Positions 1 through 11,100 of a stretch of 61,994 nt of DNA are shown here, in pieces (the first letter of the stretch is position 1; every line of letters starts with the position of its first letter). The notes under the pieces were generated by a model. That model was not told where the DNA came from and ran no database searches. It worked only from the letters and a program-made list of their open reading frames with translations. Both the position numbers and the translations under genes were made by a program. This DNA is from a virus (Duplodnaviria > Heunggongvirae > Uroviricota > Caudoviricetes): positions 1 through 61,994 of IMG/VR virus record IMGVR_UViG_3300033463_000016. One strand, given 5' to 3'.

Positions 1-1011
1 AGGAGTTTGCGATATGCAGCGGAATTTGCAGAATATTATTATAGAAATGGTTATGTTGTTTATGATAGACCAATCACCACACCGACAGATATAAATAGTA
101 ATAATCCAGATATAAATGATATTCTAAGAATCATTAAACCTGGTGATCTATTGTTTTGGTCTAAAGCAAAAACAGATGGTAACGGCAATTTAGTAATGAA
201 ACGCGCAGAAAGATTTAGATGTGTTTCTCATATCGCTATGGCAGCCGTTGATACAACAAGGACTATTGAGGTTACTGCCGGAAGTACAATGCCAAATGCA
301 ATTTATTATCGTAAACTTCAAGAAGATAGATTAGATAGTCTTACTCTAATTATTCGTCCTGATTATCGCCCGCAAAGAATGAAATATTTTTCTGACAGAA
401 AGAATGTACTAAATATCGATCTCTTTGATAGCACTTTATCTGCAAGTCCTACCCCTTTAGAGTCATATTATTACCATAGACAAAATTTATGTGCATACCC
501 TTGGACGTTTGCCCAAAAACAAGAAAATGAATTATCCACATATAAAATCAGTAGAAATACTAATGGTTATAATTCAATACATCTTTCGAGAAATTTACAA
601 AGCGGGGAAAATGTTAATAGTTTAAATACAAGTATTAAGGGTAGTGCAGACAAGAGATATTCTATTCCTTATGAAAACTGTATAACTTTATCAGAAGGAA
701 TATATGAACTTAGTGGGATGGAAAATACAGGGCAGAATAATGATAAATGTTCTTTATTGATACAGTTATGGGATGAACGTTATGGTTGGGTTGATTATAA
801 AACAAATATAGAATACTATAATAAAGATGATTCAAATAATCCGGTTTGGTCATCATCCAGCAATACTGTGGTAAAGTGTTATGGGACAAGTCATTCGATT
901 GTAAAATTTCAAGTATTTTCAAAAATAAACATAAGAGTAATTCTGTATATTGACAGTAGTATAAGATCATTGAATTGCGATGTTAATCCACATTTAGTTA
1001 GAGTTGAGTAA
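1..1011 (+). CDS. Tail-associated protein, 5'-truncated by the window edge; N-terminal part resembles the C-terminal half of an NlpC/P60-type peptidase domain
   Basis: Frame is open from base 1. 'IKPGDLLFW...SHIAMA' resembles the NlpC/P60 PGDL..F/His motifs. Lies upstream of tail genes. Confidence 0.5.
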   Translation, partial: RSLRYAAEFAEYYYRNGYVVYDRPITTPTDINSNNPDINDILRIIKPGDLLFWSKAKTDGNGNLVMKRAERFRCVSHIAMAAVDTTRTIEVTAGSTMPNAIYYRKLQEDRLDSLTLIIRPDYRPQRMKYFSDRKNVLNIDLFDSTLSASPTPLESYYYHRQNLCAYPWTFAQKQENELSTYKISRNTNGYNSIHLSRNLQSGENVNSLNTSIKGSADKRYSIPYENCITLSEGIYELSGMENTGQNNDKCSLLIQLWDERYGWVDYKTNIEYYNKDDSNNPVWSSSSNTVVKCYGTSHSIVKFQVFSKINIRVILYIDSSIRSLNCDVNPHLVRVE

Positions 1012-1021
1012 GGAGAAAGAT

Positions 1022-1243
1022 ATGGAAAACGAAATTGTTAAACCAATGTCTATAGAGAGAGCTGAATTTATTGCTACTCTCGCTGATTTGATTAAAAATA
1101 CAAAATTGCCACCATTTGTGATTGAGCCGATATTCAAAGATATTCTAAGTGATATTCGTATATTATCACAGCGACAATTAGAAAGTGATATGCGGCAATA
1201 TAAAGAGTCGCTTTCAAAAAAAGAAAATGAGGGCAATGAATAA
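1022..1243 (+). CDS. Small hypothetical phage protein
   Basis: AAGGAG SD before ATG 1022 (MENEIVKP...). Confidence 0.7.
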   Translation: MENEIVKPMSIERAEFIATLADLIKNTKLPPFVIEPIFKDILSDIRILSQRQLESDMRQYKESLSKKENEGNE

Positions 1244-1312
1244 AACATATTATCGGTTAAATCAATAGTATGTTTGTGCATATTAGTATAACTTAACGAA
1301 GGAGGTTGCTAA

Positions 1313-2146
1313 ATGTATGCGATTGATTTCGAGTATGATGGTCATTTTTTAAGTGACCGAGGGTTTATGATATGCAATTTTGATTATAACGATGGGATTT
1401 CAGAATTAGAATCAGGTTCACAAATAACATTAAATAAAGTGCCTCATTTTGGAGGAAAGAAATACAGTATATCAAGTACACAGTATGATGATTGTATTGA
1501 AACCACCTTTGACATTTGCAGAATACCAGAAGATTATGAATATTCTAATAGAGAAATATCTATGAATGATTTCAGAGATATTGTACGGTGGCTTAATCGA
1601 AGTGAATTTTTGTTGTTCCGCTTTATAGAGAATGATGAAGATACATTCTTCGAGAAGCCATATTGTTATTTTTACGCAACTTTTAATGTTACGAAACTGA
1701 TGTTAAATGATAGACTATATGGTATTCGCCTGAAAATGCTTACCAATAGCCCGTTTGGTTTTGCAGAAGAAGAAACCTACACCGTTGATTTTGCAACTAA
1801 TAATAGCGTAACAATCATAGATAAGAGCGATGAAATTGGGTATATCTCTCCTGACGTAACTATTACTTGCAATGCAGCCGGAAAAGTTTATTTTGAAAAT
1901 TCTTCGGCAGGAATAAAAACGGAAATCAAAAATTGCACTCAGGGCGAAGTGATTACTATTAAGGGTGAACAGCAGATTATTACTACAGATAGTACGGCTC
2001 ATAAAATATATAATGATTTTAACTTCGTTTTTCCGAAGATTAAAAATACTTATTCAAGCCGTGCAAATGTTTTTACAAAATTAAGTGATTGTATTTCCTG
2101 CACAATAGTTATCAAATATCGTCCAATCATAAAAGAAGTCTTTTGA
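1313..2146 (+). CDS. Distal tail (Dit)-like siphovirus tail component
   Basis: AAGGAGG SD; 277 aa. N-terminal 'DFEYDGHFLSDRG' and beta-rich C-terminus are typical of Firmicutes phage tail components; synteny agrees. Confidence 0.55.
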   Translation: MYAIDFEYDGHFLSDRGFMICNFDYNDGISELESGSQITLNKVPHFGGKKYSISSTQYDDCIETTFDICRIPEDYEYSNREISMNDFRDIVRWLNRSEFLLFRFIENDEDTFFEKPYCYFYATFNVTKLMLNDRLYGIRLKMLTNSPFGFAEEETYTVDFATNNSVTIIDKSDEIGYISPDVTITCNAAGKVYFENSSAGIKTEIKNCTQGEVITIKGEQQIITTDSTAHKIYNDFNFVFPKIKNTYSSRANVFTKLSDCISCTIVIKYRPIIKEVF

Positions 2147-2203
2147 GAAAGAAGAATGAGATGAAATGAAATACAAACAATTCTATGAAAAGGAGGAAAT
2201 CAT

Positions 2204-3670
2204 ATGGCTGTAACGAGTTCGGTGAGAACACACGATATATATGCGGGACAAAACGCTAATATTGCAATAAAGTGTTTGCAAGGCGAACAAGGCATTAAAA
2301 TGGCTGAATTTCACCTTAAAAACAGTGATGCTAATCACACAGCAGTAAATCTTACAGATGCGACAGTAGTTCTATATAATGGCACAAAGTCAGATGGAAC
2401 ACCTTGTTGGTCTGATTGTACTGTTTCAAGTGCGGCAAATGGCGTTGTTACTCTTACTCAGAATATTGGTATGACAGACGTTCCCGGTATAGTTAGTGGC
2501 AGAATTATAGTTTTTGCGGCAAATGGCAATATCCAGTTTAATGGAATCAATCTCGTCGTTAAGAATAATCCATCGTTGGCAAGCCTTTCAAATTCTCACG
2601 CTTTTCTTGCATTGCAAAATGCTTTGAATAAGGTTGAAGTGATAACCCCAGGTGGAACCATTACCGTTGATGATGAATTATCAACTGAAAGCGTAGACCC
2701 TGTTCAAAATAAGATTGTCACGGCGGCAATTAATCTTTTGACCTCAACAAAGATTGATTCAGACGATGCCGTAAAATTCGTGAATTTGGTTACAAATCCA
2801 GATTCAACCGCTCCCTCCGGTGATCCGGTCGCAAATTGCATATCGCCCGATACTGTTTATTGGGGAACCGTAAATAATGTAGGTTGTGCCGTTATCACAA
2901 TGAGTGGATCAAATTACAGAACACAATATAAGTTTTCAACTATGGGTAAGTTGGAATATAGAACAACACATAAGGATAATGGTGTTTGGGGTAGTTGGGG
3001 GAGTTGGAATGCTATCGGATCGACTGATAATATCCAAGACGAAGCCGTTACTCCTGCAAAATTAGATCGCGCCTATGTGGAAAAGAGCCAGACTATCGCG
3101 GGCGTTGATTTTCAAGACAATATCACCGCTACGGAACTTGCATCTGCACTTGCGTCAACTATGGTTTCAAATCACGGAATGGTTACGCACTCGGCAGAAA
3201 TCTTTATTGGAAGTACCGACAAAACTGCAAGCGAAACAGGAACAGATATAAGGGCATATCAAGTAAATGATAGGTACATAAATAAGTATAATGGTAAGAT
3301 ATGGTATTGTTCAAATGTTACGCTCGATACTTCATCAATTCCAAATAAATTTGTTTATACTTGGGCTTCTATTGGAAATTTATATAACTATCCTATTACT
3401 ACAACATACACGCTTCTTGCAACTGCTTGGAATAATGATAATGAGATTACATTAAGCACGTTGCCAACCATTGCCGCTGGTAGGACAAGGGTAGATGTTG
3501 ATTTTGGACAAACTGTTTACGATCAACTAATCTCCGATGGCTGCTCCGGATTGTGTGTGACTACCGATGTTTCCGGTGTATCGCCTGTATTTACTATGCA
3601 CGCATATGGTAATACTCCAACTGTTGATATTACCGTACAACTAACGCTATGGCATATTATTGACGCCTAA
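2204..3670 (+). CDS. Baseplate/tail fibre protein with BppU-like N-terminus
   Basis: AAGGAGG SD. N-terminus 'VNLTDATVVLY..TKSDGT' resembles BppU_N; 'VDDELSTESVDPVQNKIV' is a motif common in tail fibres. Confidence 0.55.
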   Translation: MAVTSSVRTHDIYAGQNANIAIKCLQGEQGIKMAEFHLKNSDANHTAVNLTDATVVLYNGTKSDGTPCWSDCTVSSAANGVVTLTQNIGMTDVPGIVSGRIIVFAANGNIQFNGINLVVKNNPSLASLSNSHAFLALQNALNKVEVITPGGTITVDDELSTESVDPVQNKIVTAAINLLTSTKIDSDDAVKFVNLVTNPDSTAPSGDPVANCISPDTVYWGTVNNVGCAVITMSGSNYRTQYKFSTMGKLEYRTTHKDNGVWGSWGSWNAIGSTDNIQDEAVTPAKLDRAYVEKSQTIAGVDFQDNITATELASALASTMVSNHGMVTHSAEIFIGSTDKTASETGTDIRAYQVNDRYINKYNGKIWYCSNVTLDTSSIPNKFVYTWASIGNLYNYPITTTYTLLATAWNNDNEITLSTLPTIAAGRTRVDVDFGQTVYDQLISDGCSGLCVTTDVSGVSPVFTMHAYGNTPTVDITVQLTLWHIIDA

Positions 3671-3687
3671 GTAAGAGAGGTGATATT

Positions 3688-4797
3688 ATGCCTACCGTAA
3701 AATGTTATGATAAATATGGGGTTGAAATAGAGCGTTTGACTCAGTGGGATATTAATGTCAGTTTGAAGATTTATGATTTCCCATATGATATTGCTCCGGT
3801 GTGTCATTTCGCAAGTAGATTTGATAAGACAGCCAAAACAGTAACTACCACACTTGATGGTACGACAGTATCAGTCAAAGTTCCCAACATTCTATTGAAC
3901 GAGAGTAAACCAATCAAAATATTCGTTTTCTTATATGATTCGGAAGAAGATACTGGAAGAACGATTTATACGATTGAACTACCTGTTTCACCAAAGCCAA
4001 GACCTGACGATTACGAATACAGCGATAATGTTGAAATTATCGAAATTACTGCTCTGAAAGCACGTCTTGAAGCGTTGGTTGCAGAAGCAGATAAAATGGT
4101 TAATGTAAAAATAGGCGAATTGGCTCTTGCTTATGATAACACTATTGCAGAGATCAAAACAGGTATTGCGGATGATGTTCATAATCTGAACCAACAAATA
4201 ACCAATGCTAATACCCATTTGATTTCAGAAATCCGTGAAAAGAAAACTCAATTATCTGATGAAATCCAAACTGCCGTCCAAACTCTCATAAACGGTATGA
4301 AAGATGGTTCTCCTAAAGGCACATTCAAAATCGCCACCGATTTGGAACATTCAGCTCCCGGACTCTATCTATTAGCAGACGAGCAAAATGAGAATAATGG
4401 ATGGGTTTACTATTGGGATGGTTCAGAATTATCTGCGAGAATCTTGTACTATGCGGGAATGATTATCAATCACGATACCATTACGTATAGTATGTTTACG
4501 GATGAGTTGAAGAAACAAAGTGTGGAAACGGTCATTTCTTATGTACTACCCGCAGAAAGTTGGGATTCGGGGGAACAAGAAATTGATATTTCAGAGGAAT
4601 ATACTGTAACCGAGCATACAAAGGTCGATGTCGATTTGAATAATGCTGCCTACAATCAATTGGTTGATGATGGTTGTGTCGGAATCTATATTGTAACACA
4701 AACCGAGGATAAAGATACATCATTGTCTGCTCGATATATCGGCAATGCTCCGAGTGCAGATATTACAATACAATTAACAATTCGTGAAACTGTTTGA
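3688..4797 (+). CDS. Tail-associated protein with coiled-coil middle; C-terminal domain paralogous to that of the upstream gene
   Basis: GAGGTG SD. Last ~90 aa align by eye with the C-terminus of 2204..3670. Confidence 0.55.
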   Translation: MPTVKCYDKYGVEIERLTQWDINVSLKIYDFPYDIAPVCHFASRFDKTAKTVTTTLDGTTVSVKVPNILLNESKPIKIFVFLYDSEEDTGRTIYTIELPVSPKPRPDDYEYSDNVEIIEITALKARLEALVAEADKMVNVKIGELALAYDNTIAEIKTGIADDVHNLNQQITNANTHLISEIREKKTQLSDEIQTAVQTLINGMKDGSPKGTFKIATDLEHSAPGLYLLADEQNENNGWVYYWDGSELSARILYYAGMIINHDTITYSMFTDELKKQSVETVISYVLPAESWDSGEQEIDISEEYTVTEHTKVDVDLNNAAYNQLVDDGCVGIYIVTQTEDKDTSLSARYIGNAPSADITIQLTIRETV

Positions 4798-4847
4798 ATG
4801 TCATAGTCGTTTGGCTATGGCATTTTTCTTTGATGGAGGTGATTAAA

Positions 4848-5318
4848 TTGAGTCACTTGACTGAAAACGACTTCAATGAAAAGTTGCAGAAAATTAAAGC
4901 CAAAAATCAACAGAAAGAGTACAAGCGTCAGCTTGAAGAAGAAAAAAGAAAAGGGCGTAAAGGTTCACATATAGAAACTAATAAACTATTTGCTGTTTAC
5001 CTATTCATCCTCTTAAATGCGATCGTTACATATTCTATGGTTGCTATGTGGCATTTCCAAGACCTATCGTATCTTGGTGTTTTGATTTCAGATATTGCCG
5101 CACAAGTTCTAATCTACGGAATCTATTGTATGAAAGCATTTAAGTCCAAACAGTCAGAGGAAGAATTGAAGTTTAGAAAAGAGAAATTTAGAGGTTCATT
5201 AGCAAACATTCTACAGGCGGGAGCCGATAGCATTCAGCCCGTTCCCGTGAATGGCAGCGTAGATAGTTTTGATGAGCCTACTGAGAGCAAGGAATCTTAT
5301 TATGAGGAGGAATCGTAA
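4848..5318 (+). CDS. Two-TM membrane protein (holin-like, lysis cassette)
   Basis: GGAGGTG SD before TTG 4848; two hydrophobic segments; sits upstream of the endolysin. Confidence 0.55.
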   Translation: MSHLTENDFNEKLQKIKAKNQQKEYKRQLEEEKRKGRKGSHIETNKLFAVYLFILLNAIVTYSMVAMWHFQDLSYLGVLISDIAAQVLIYGIYCMKAFKSKQSEEELKFRKEKFRGSLANILQAGADSIQPVPVNGSVDSFDEPTESKESYYEEES

Positions 5319-5725
5319 TGCTCAAAGGTATTCAAAATTTTTTGCAGTTCATTTATGACAATTGGACTACTATTACCATTATCATTGCTTTGTTAGTTGC
5401 TTTGTATGGTAAAATTAAATCTTTCTTGAAGAAGGACAAGAATGAGAAGATTGGCGCCGCAAAGGAACAGGCAAAAGAAATGATCCTAAAATGGGTAACT
5501 GCTGCGGAGATTGATTTTAGTTCTTGGTCAAAAGCGGGTGCTATTAAACGTGCGCAGGTTATCGAACAGGTTTATACGACATTCCCGATTTTGGCGACGT
5601 TTGCAAAGCAAGAAGAAATCATTGCTTGGATCGACGAAATCATTAATGATTCGTTGAAAGACCTCCGTAAGATTGTCGCGGAGAATCAGCCTAAAGACGA
5701 AGATGAATCTGAATCGGCTGAATAA
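5318..5725 (+). CDS. Putative holin (single N-terminal TM, LL-H-like)
   Basis: TAATG overlap with the previous gene; N-terminal TM 'WTTITIIIALLVALY'; 'AE..F.....G..KRAQV' pattern; adjacent to the endolysin. Confidence 0.55.
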   Translation: MLKGIQNFLQFIYDNWTTITIIIALLVALYGKIKSFLKKDKNEKIGAAKEQAKEMILKWVTAAEIDFSSWSKAGAIKRAQVIEQVYTTFPILATFAKQEEIIAWIDEIINDSLKDLRKIVAENQPKDEDESESAE

Positions 5726-5759
5726 GAAAATGTTAATCAAATTTTAATTTTATTTACAG

Positions 5760-5790
5760 AGATTGTCGCTTTATTGTGGCAATCTTTTTT
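5760..5790 (+). terminator. Rho-independent terminator-like hairpin
   Basis: AGATTGTCGC-N6-GTGGCAATCT (10 bp, 2 GU pairs) followed by a T run. Confidence 0.65.
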
Positions 5791-5814
5791 ATTAATCAGT
5801 AAAGGAGAGATATT

Positions 5815-7551
5815 ATGGCAAGTATGAATGGTAAAAAGGGCGTTGATATTTCATATGCTAATGGCAATATTGATTTGGCAAAAGTCAAAAACGCCGGATA
5901 TGATTTCGTTATGATTCGCTGTGGATATGGTTCTGACATCAAAAGTCAGGATGACGATCAGTTTATTTCAAACGTAGCAAAAGCCGAAAAATTGGGAATG
6001 CCTTGGGGTGTTTATCTATTCTCATATGCTTGTTCAACCGCATCGGCAAAGAGTGAATTAGCGCATATTGATAGACTCTTAAAAGCTGAAAAAGCAAAGG
6101 GTCATTATCCCACTATGCCTATCGCGTTGGACATCGAGCCGTCTAACTATGTTTCAAACAACGGTGGTTGGACAAAATCTAATCTGACAAACGTTGCTAC
6201 CATTGTTTTGGATGGTTTGGCAAAACTCGGCTATTATCCAATGATCTACACAGGATATTCTGAGTTGGACTGGATGCTTTCAGATCACGTCCGTAATGAT
6301 TTTGATTGTTGGTACGCACAATGGTTTACAAGTCCTTCGGATTACAAATACAAGAGATTGGGAATCTGGCAGTATGGTGGAGAAACCAATTATCTTGAAA
6401 GTAATAAGATTAATGGCGTTGGCGTAATCGACAAGAATAAGTGCTACAAAGATTATCCTGCGATAATCAAGAATGGCGGCTACAATGGATTCAAGAAATC
6501 AACTACCAATATTACAACAACTAATCCGTCAACTAATACCACTACTGATACAACAGTTACTAAGTCAACTGTAAAATATACTGCCGATACTGTTATAGCT
6601 CTTGCAAAGGCAGAAGTAGGCTATAAAGAAAAGGCAAGCAATTCTCAGTTAGATAGTAAAACCGCAAATGCTGGCGCAAATAATTGGACAAAGTATGCGG
6701 CTTACATCGATAAGAATGCCCCCGATTTCTACAATGGTAAAAAGAACGGTTTCGCTTGGTGCGATATTTTCAATGACTATATCCACATTATGGCGGCGGG
6801 TGACGTTGAAACCGCAAGAAAAGCACTGTATCAGCCTAAGAAGTCTACCGGCGCAGGTTGTTCATTCTCAGCTCAGTTCTTCCGCGATAATAATGCGTGG
6901 ACTGATAGAGGTAAGGGTACGCCTAAATTGGGCGACCAAATCTTCTTCGGAACCAAAGGTAATGAATATCATACTGGCATTGTCGTCAAAGTGGACAGCA
7001 ATTATGTTTATACTGTAGAGGGTAACAGTTCTGATATGGTCGCAGAAAGAAAGTATGCACTGAACGATTCTAAGATTTCCGGTTATGGTCATCCGAAATA
7101 TACAGGCACTTCTGCTGTTACTACAAGTCCGACAATTGTGACGACAACAACCAACACTGGTAAGACTGCGATTAAAGAAGTTCAGACCTGGCTAAACAAA
7201 ACCTACAAGTTCAATCTGACTGTCGATGGTGTCTATGGCGCAAAGACTAAGGCTGCTCTTGTTAAGGCTCTGCAAACTGAACTGAATAAGCAGACAGGGG
7301 CAAAACTTGTTGTTGATGGTGTATATGGCTCAAAGACTAATGCTGCTGTGTTTAATCTAAGTATTGGTTGCAAGGGCAATATCACCAGAGTGCTACAAGG
7401 TCTGTTAGTGTGCAATGGATATAGCACAAATGGTTTTGATGGTGTATTTGGTACGGGTACGTTCGCCGCTGTAAAGAGCTATCAATCAAAGAAGGGGCTA
7501 ACGGTTGATGGCGTCGCAGGAAAGCAGACTTTTGGAAAATTGTGTGCCTAA
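5815..7551 (+). CDS. Endolysin: GH25 muramidase + CHAP domain + C-terminal peptidoglycan-binding repeats
   Basis: 'GVDISY' and 'LDIE' (GH25); 'WCDIF...HTGIV...TVEGN' (CHAP Cys/His); repeated 'L.VDG.YG.KT' PG-binding units; Thr-rich linkers. Confidence 0.9.
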   Translation: MASMNGKKGVDISYANGNIDLAKVKNAGYDFVMIRCGYGSDIKSQDDDQFISNVAKAEKLGMPWGVYLFSYACSTASAKSELAHIDRLLKAEKAKGHYPTMPIALDIEPSNYVSNNGGWTKSNLTNVATIVLDGLAKLGYYPMIYTGYSELDWMLSDHVRNDFDCWYAQWFTSPSDYKYKRLGIWQYGGETNYLESNKINGVGVIDKNKCYKDYPAIIKNGGYNGFKKSTTNITTTNPSTNTTTDTTVTKSTVKYTADTVIALAKAEVGYKEKASNSQLDSKTANAGANNWTKYAAYIDKNAPDFYNGKKNGFAWCDIFNDYIHIMAAGDVETARKALYQPKKSTGAGCSFSAQFFRDNNAWTDRGKGTPKLGDQIFFGTKGNEYHTGIVVKVDSNYVYTVEGNSSDMVAERKYALNDSKISGYGHPKYTGTSAVTTSPTIVTTTTNTGKTAIKEVQTWLNKTYKFNLTVDGVYGAKTKAALVKALQTELNKQTGAKLVVDGVYGSKTNAAVFNLSIGCKGNITRVLQGLLVCNGYSTNGFDGVFGTGTFAAVKSYQSKKGLTVDGVAGKQTFGKLCA

Positions 7552-7568
7552 GTTAAGGAGAGATTGAG

Positions 7569-8045
7569 ATGGACACTAAATCGGTTTGGGATTTTCTGTC
7601 CGGTATATCAATAGGCACTATTATAGCGTGGGTTACGGTAATCGGCGCTATAATAACTATTCTTTGTACTGGAACGGTGAAATTATATAAATGGTTTACC
7701 AAGTACAGAGAAGTCAAAGATGAAAATGAGAGATACAAACAAGCATCGGAGCGGCACGAGCAAAAAATTGACGAGATGTGCGAGAAGATAGATAAAATCT
7801 TCAATGAAGTTGAATTGCAAAGACAAATCAATTATAAGCAAGTTCGTCATAGTATTGTTCGTACTTGTGATGAAGCTATTAGAACAGGTCAGATTTCGGC
7901 AAACAAATATAAGTCCTTGATGGAAATGTACGAGGAATATATTACTGTATTTGCAGACCTAAAACCAAACGGATATGTTCATAAAATGGTTGACAGAGTT
8001 AGTGATCCGCATCAAGTGGAGATTATCGGTCAATTAGACGAGTGA
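7569..8045 (+). CDS. Membrane-anchored coiled-coil protein (lysis-associated, hypothetical)
   Basis: AAGGAG SD; N-terminal hydrophobic helix followed by a coiled coil. Confidence 0.6.
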   Translation: MDTKSVWDFLSGISIGTIIAWVTVIGAIITILCTGTVKLYKWFTKYREVKDENERYKQASERHEQKIDEMCEKIDKIFNEVELQRQINYKQVRHSIVRTCDEAIRTGQISANKYKSLMEMYEEYITVFADLKPNGYVHKMVDRVSDPHQVEIIGQLDE

Positions 8046-8048
8046 AAT

Positions 8049-8086
8049 AGGTAGGCGAGTTTCCTTCTCGCCTACCTTATTAATTT
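8049..8086 (+). terminator. Terminator-like hairpin after the lysis cassette
   Basis: Perfect 11-bp stem AGGTAGGCGAG/CTCGCCTACCT with a 7-nt loop, followed by AT-rich sequence. Confidence 0.7.
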
Positions 8087-8139
8087 ATTAGAAAGGAAAA
8101 TATAACAAATGTTTTTAGTTTTATTTGGAGGTGTAATAT

Positions 8140-11100
8140 ATGCCTAATCAGATTATAGGTAGAATTTCTCCAGGCGCTTCGCCAACAGCGGAAGATACAC
8201 GTGTTTTTGATACTGAAACTGCGTTAAATAATTATTTGGCTTCACCACGAGCCAAAGCGGGTCAGGGTATAAAACTGCTCGACTCGACAAGTGGAAGATA
8301 TAAAGCATATATCATCCAAGGTACAGCAGGAAGTTTTGAAAAGACACCTATGGGTGCTGGTGATTATGTTGGTAATTCTCTACCATCTGTTGCCGATGGC
8401 GATCGTGATTTGATTTATTTCATCTATGATAGTGAAGATGATCTTTACAGACAGTATCGTTTTAATGGCACTAAATATGTACTTGTAGGTGGAAACTCTT
8501 ATGATAAGAGCCAAACATATACAAACACAGAGATTGATACTAAATTAGCCGATAAACAAGAGTCATATGTCGCAAGTTCACTGCCGATAGATGGTGATGA
8601 GAACACCGATTATTACATTGGCAACAGCCAAGATGGATTCGTTCATTATCGTTATTTTGGTGGACTTATTGATGAATTTATCGCCGTAGGCGGCGATTCT
8701 TATACAAAAGAAGAAGTAGATAATAAAATTGCATCAAAAGTTGTCTATTATTATTATCTCTCTTATGGAACCGCCATCGTAGAGGAAAACAACGAGCAAA
8801 TTGAAAAGAATAATATTTTACGCTTATGGAGATACACAGACCCAAGTAACGTCGGTGATACCACTGGCGAGGTTGGGGAAGTTGTCAAATGGATTGAAAT
8901 TCAAGGTGGCGGAAGTGGCTCTACGAGGGCTACAAATATGACATTTGAACGTGTCACCCCTGCTAATATTGTGACTTCCGCTGGCGCCGTAGAGTCAGAC
9001 GGCATTATCATTACTGCTTCTTTCTCTGATTATGAATCAGATGGTGGAGAAGCGGTATCGGCAACATATACCGTTTCGGTTGGTAATAAAGTCGTTGAAA
9101 CAGGTGTGGCTGTTCAGTGCAAAGATTCAAGCAATAATCAATTGTATGATGAAGATGAAAATCCAATCTATAATGTGTTTGATGTTACTCAATATTGTTC
9201 AAGTGGTCAACAGACTATTTCAATTGCAATTACTGATGAATATGGAAATATGGTTATCAGAAAATGGAATGTTGAAATAATTGATATTAGAATTGAAAGT
9301 CAATTCGATGATTCTTATTCAAGAGCAATTGGTTCTCAGATCAATTTTACATATAAACTTTTTGGTTCAACATCAAAAGTCGTACATTTTATTTTAGATG
9401 GAGTGGAGATCGGCACATTAACTACCACAGGAACAGGAGAAACAACTTATCCGATTGCTTCTACATATGCAACTTATGGAACACATTTCCTTGATTGTTA
9501 TGTTACTACAGTAGTTAATGGTACAACAATTTATTCAAATCATATCTATAAAGATATTGTTTGTTATGATGTGGCAGGTAGTGTTCCCGTTATCGGTAGT
9601 ATGTATAGATATGATTCCGATAGCCATATCGGATATGGAGTTGTTCGGATTAATCAATATGATACTTTAAATATCCCATATACGGTTTACGATCCATCTA
9701 CGAGTTCACCTACCGTAACACTATCTGTCGATGGAATGACCGTAAACACGTTGGAACTTTCTTCACATAGTAATGTTTGGGCGTTCAAGGGTAGTGAAAT
9801 CGGAAGTCATACGTTAATCATTTCTTGTGGCGCAACAAGTATAGAGATTGATGTTGATGTTATTGATTTAGGGTATGACATTGCTCCTGTAACAAGCGGA
9901 TTGGCTTTTGACTTTGATCCAACAGGCATCACTAATAGCAGTTCAAATAGACTTTGGACTGATGAGAATGATTCCAATGTCAAACTTTCTGTTTCTGAAA
10001 ATTTCGACTGGGATAATGGTGGTTATCAAATTGATAGTACAACGGGTGAAAGTTATTTCCTCGTTAAAGCTGGAACAAGAGCAACAATTTCATATAATCT
10101 TTTCGGTACAAATCCGAAATATGATGGTGCTGAGTTTAAAATTGTATTCAAGACTTCAAATGTAAGGGATGTGGAAGCTACATTTTTAAGTTGTCTTTCT
10201 GATAGTATCGGATTGAGAATGGACGTTCACTCTGCGATATTAGCAAATAGCACTAATATTCAGAATCCGTTATGGCTGCCATATAGCGAAGAAGATATTA
10301 TTGAGTTTGAGTACAATATCAATCCGAGCGTCAACGGTTTATCTTATAGACCATTGATTATGACATATGAAGATGGCGTACCTTTTAAGCCACTATCATA
10401 TACAAGTGGTACATTTAATTCTACGACCGGAGAATGGGATGGTGGTGCGCAATTGCATCAGACTACACCAGTTCCTATCACTATCGGTTCGGACGATTGT
10501 GATGTATATATTTATCGTATGAAAGCCTATAACACTTTCCTTTCAGATTCTCAAATACTCAATAACTTTATTGCTGATTCAAGAAATTCTGAAACGATGG
10601 TGAAAAGATATACGAGAAATCAGATTTATACTCAGGATAACAAACTTACACCTGAATCTGTTGCAGAGGCTTGCCCTAATCTTCGTGTTATCAAGATTTC
10701 GGCTCCATATTTTACTAATGATAAGGATGAAAAGGTTCCGGATACTACCATAGAATGTATCTATAAAAATGGTGATCCTATACTTGAAAACTGGATTGCA
10801 ACTGGTTGTAAACACTCTGGACAGGGTACGACATCAAATGACTATGGTTTCGCTGGTAGAAATCTATTACTTTATTTGAATGATTCTAATACTGTAATTA
10901 CTTTAGGTGATGAAGAAACCACAGTCAATAAAGTTGCATTAAGTTATGATAGACAAACACCAACATCAATTCCTACTAATGTTTTCAACATTAAAGTTAA
11001 TATCGCTTCTTCTGAAAACGCCAATAACGCTTTGTTGGCTAAACGATTCAATGATTATCTTCCTTACAAAATGCCCGCACAAAAGAGAGATAGCAGAGTC

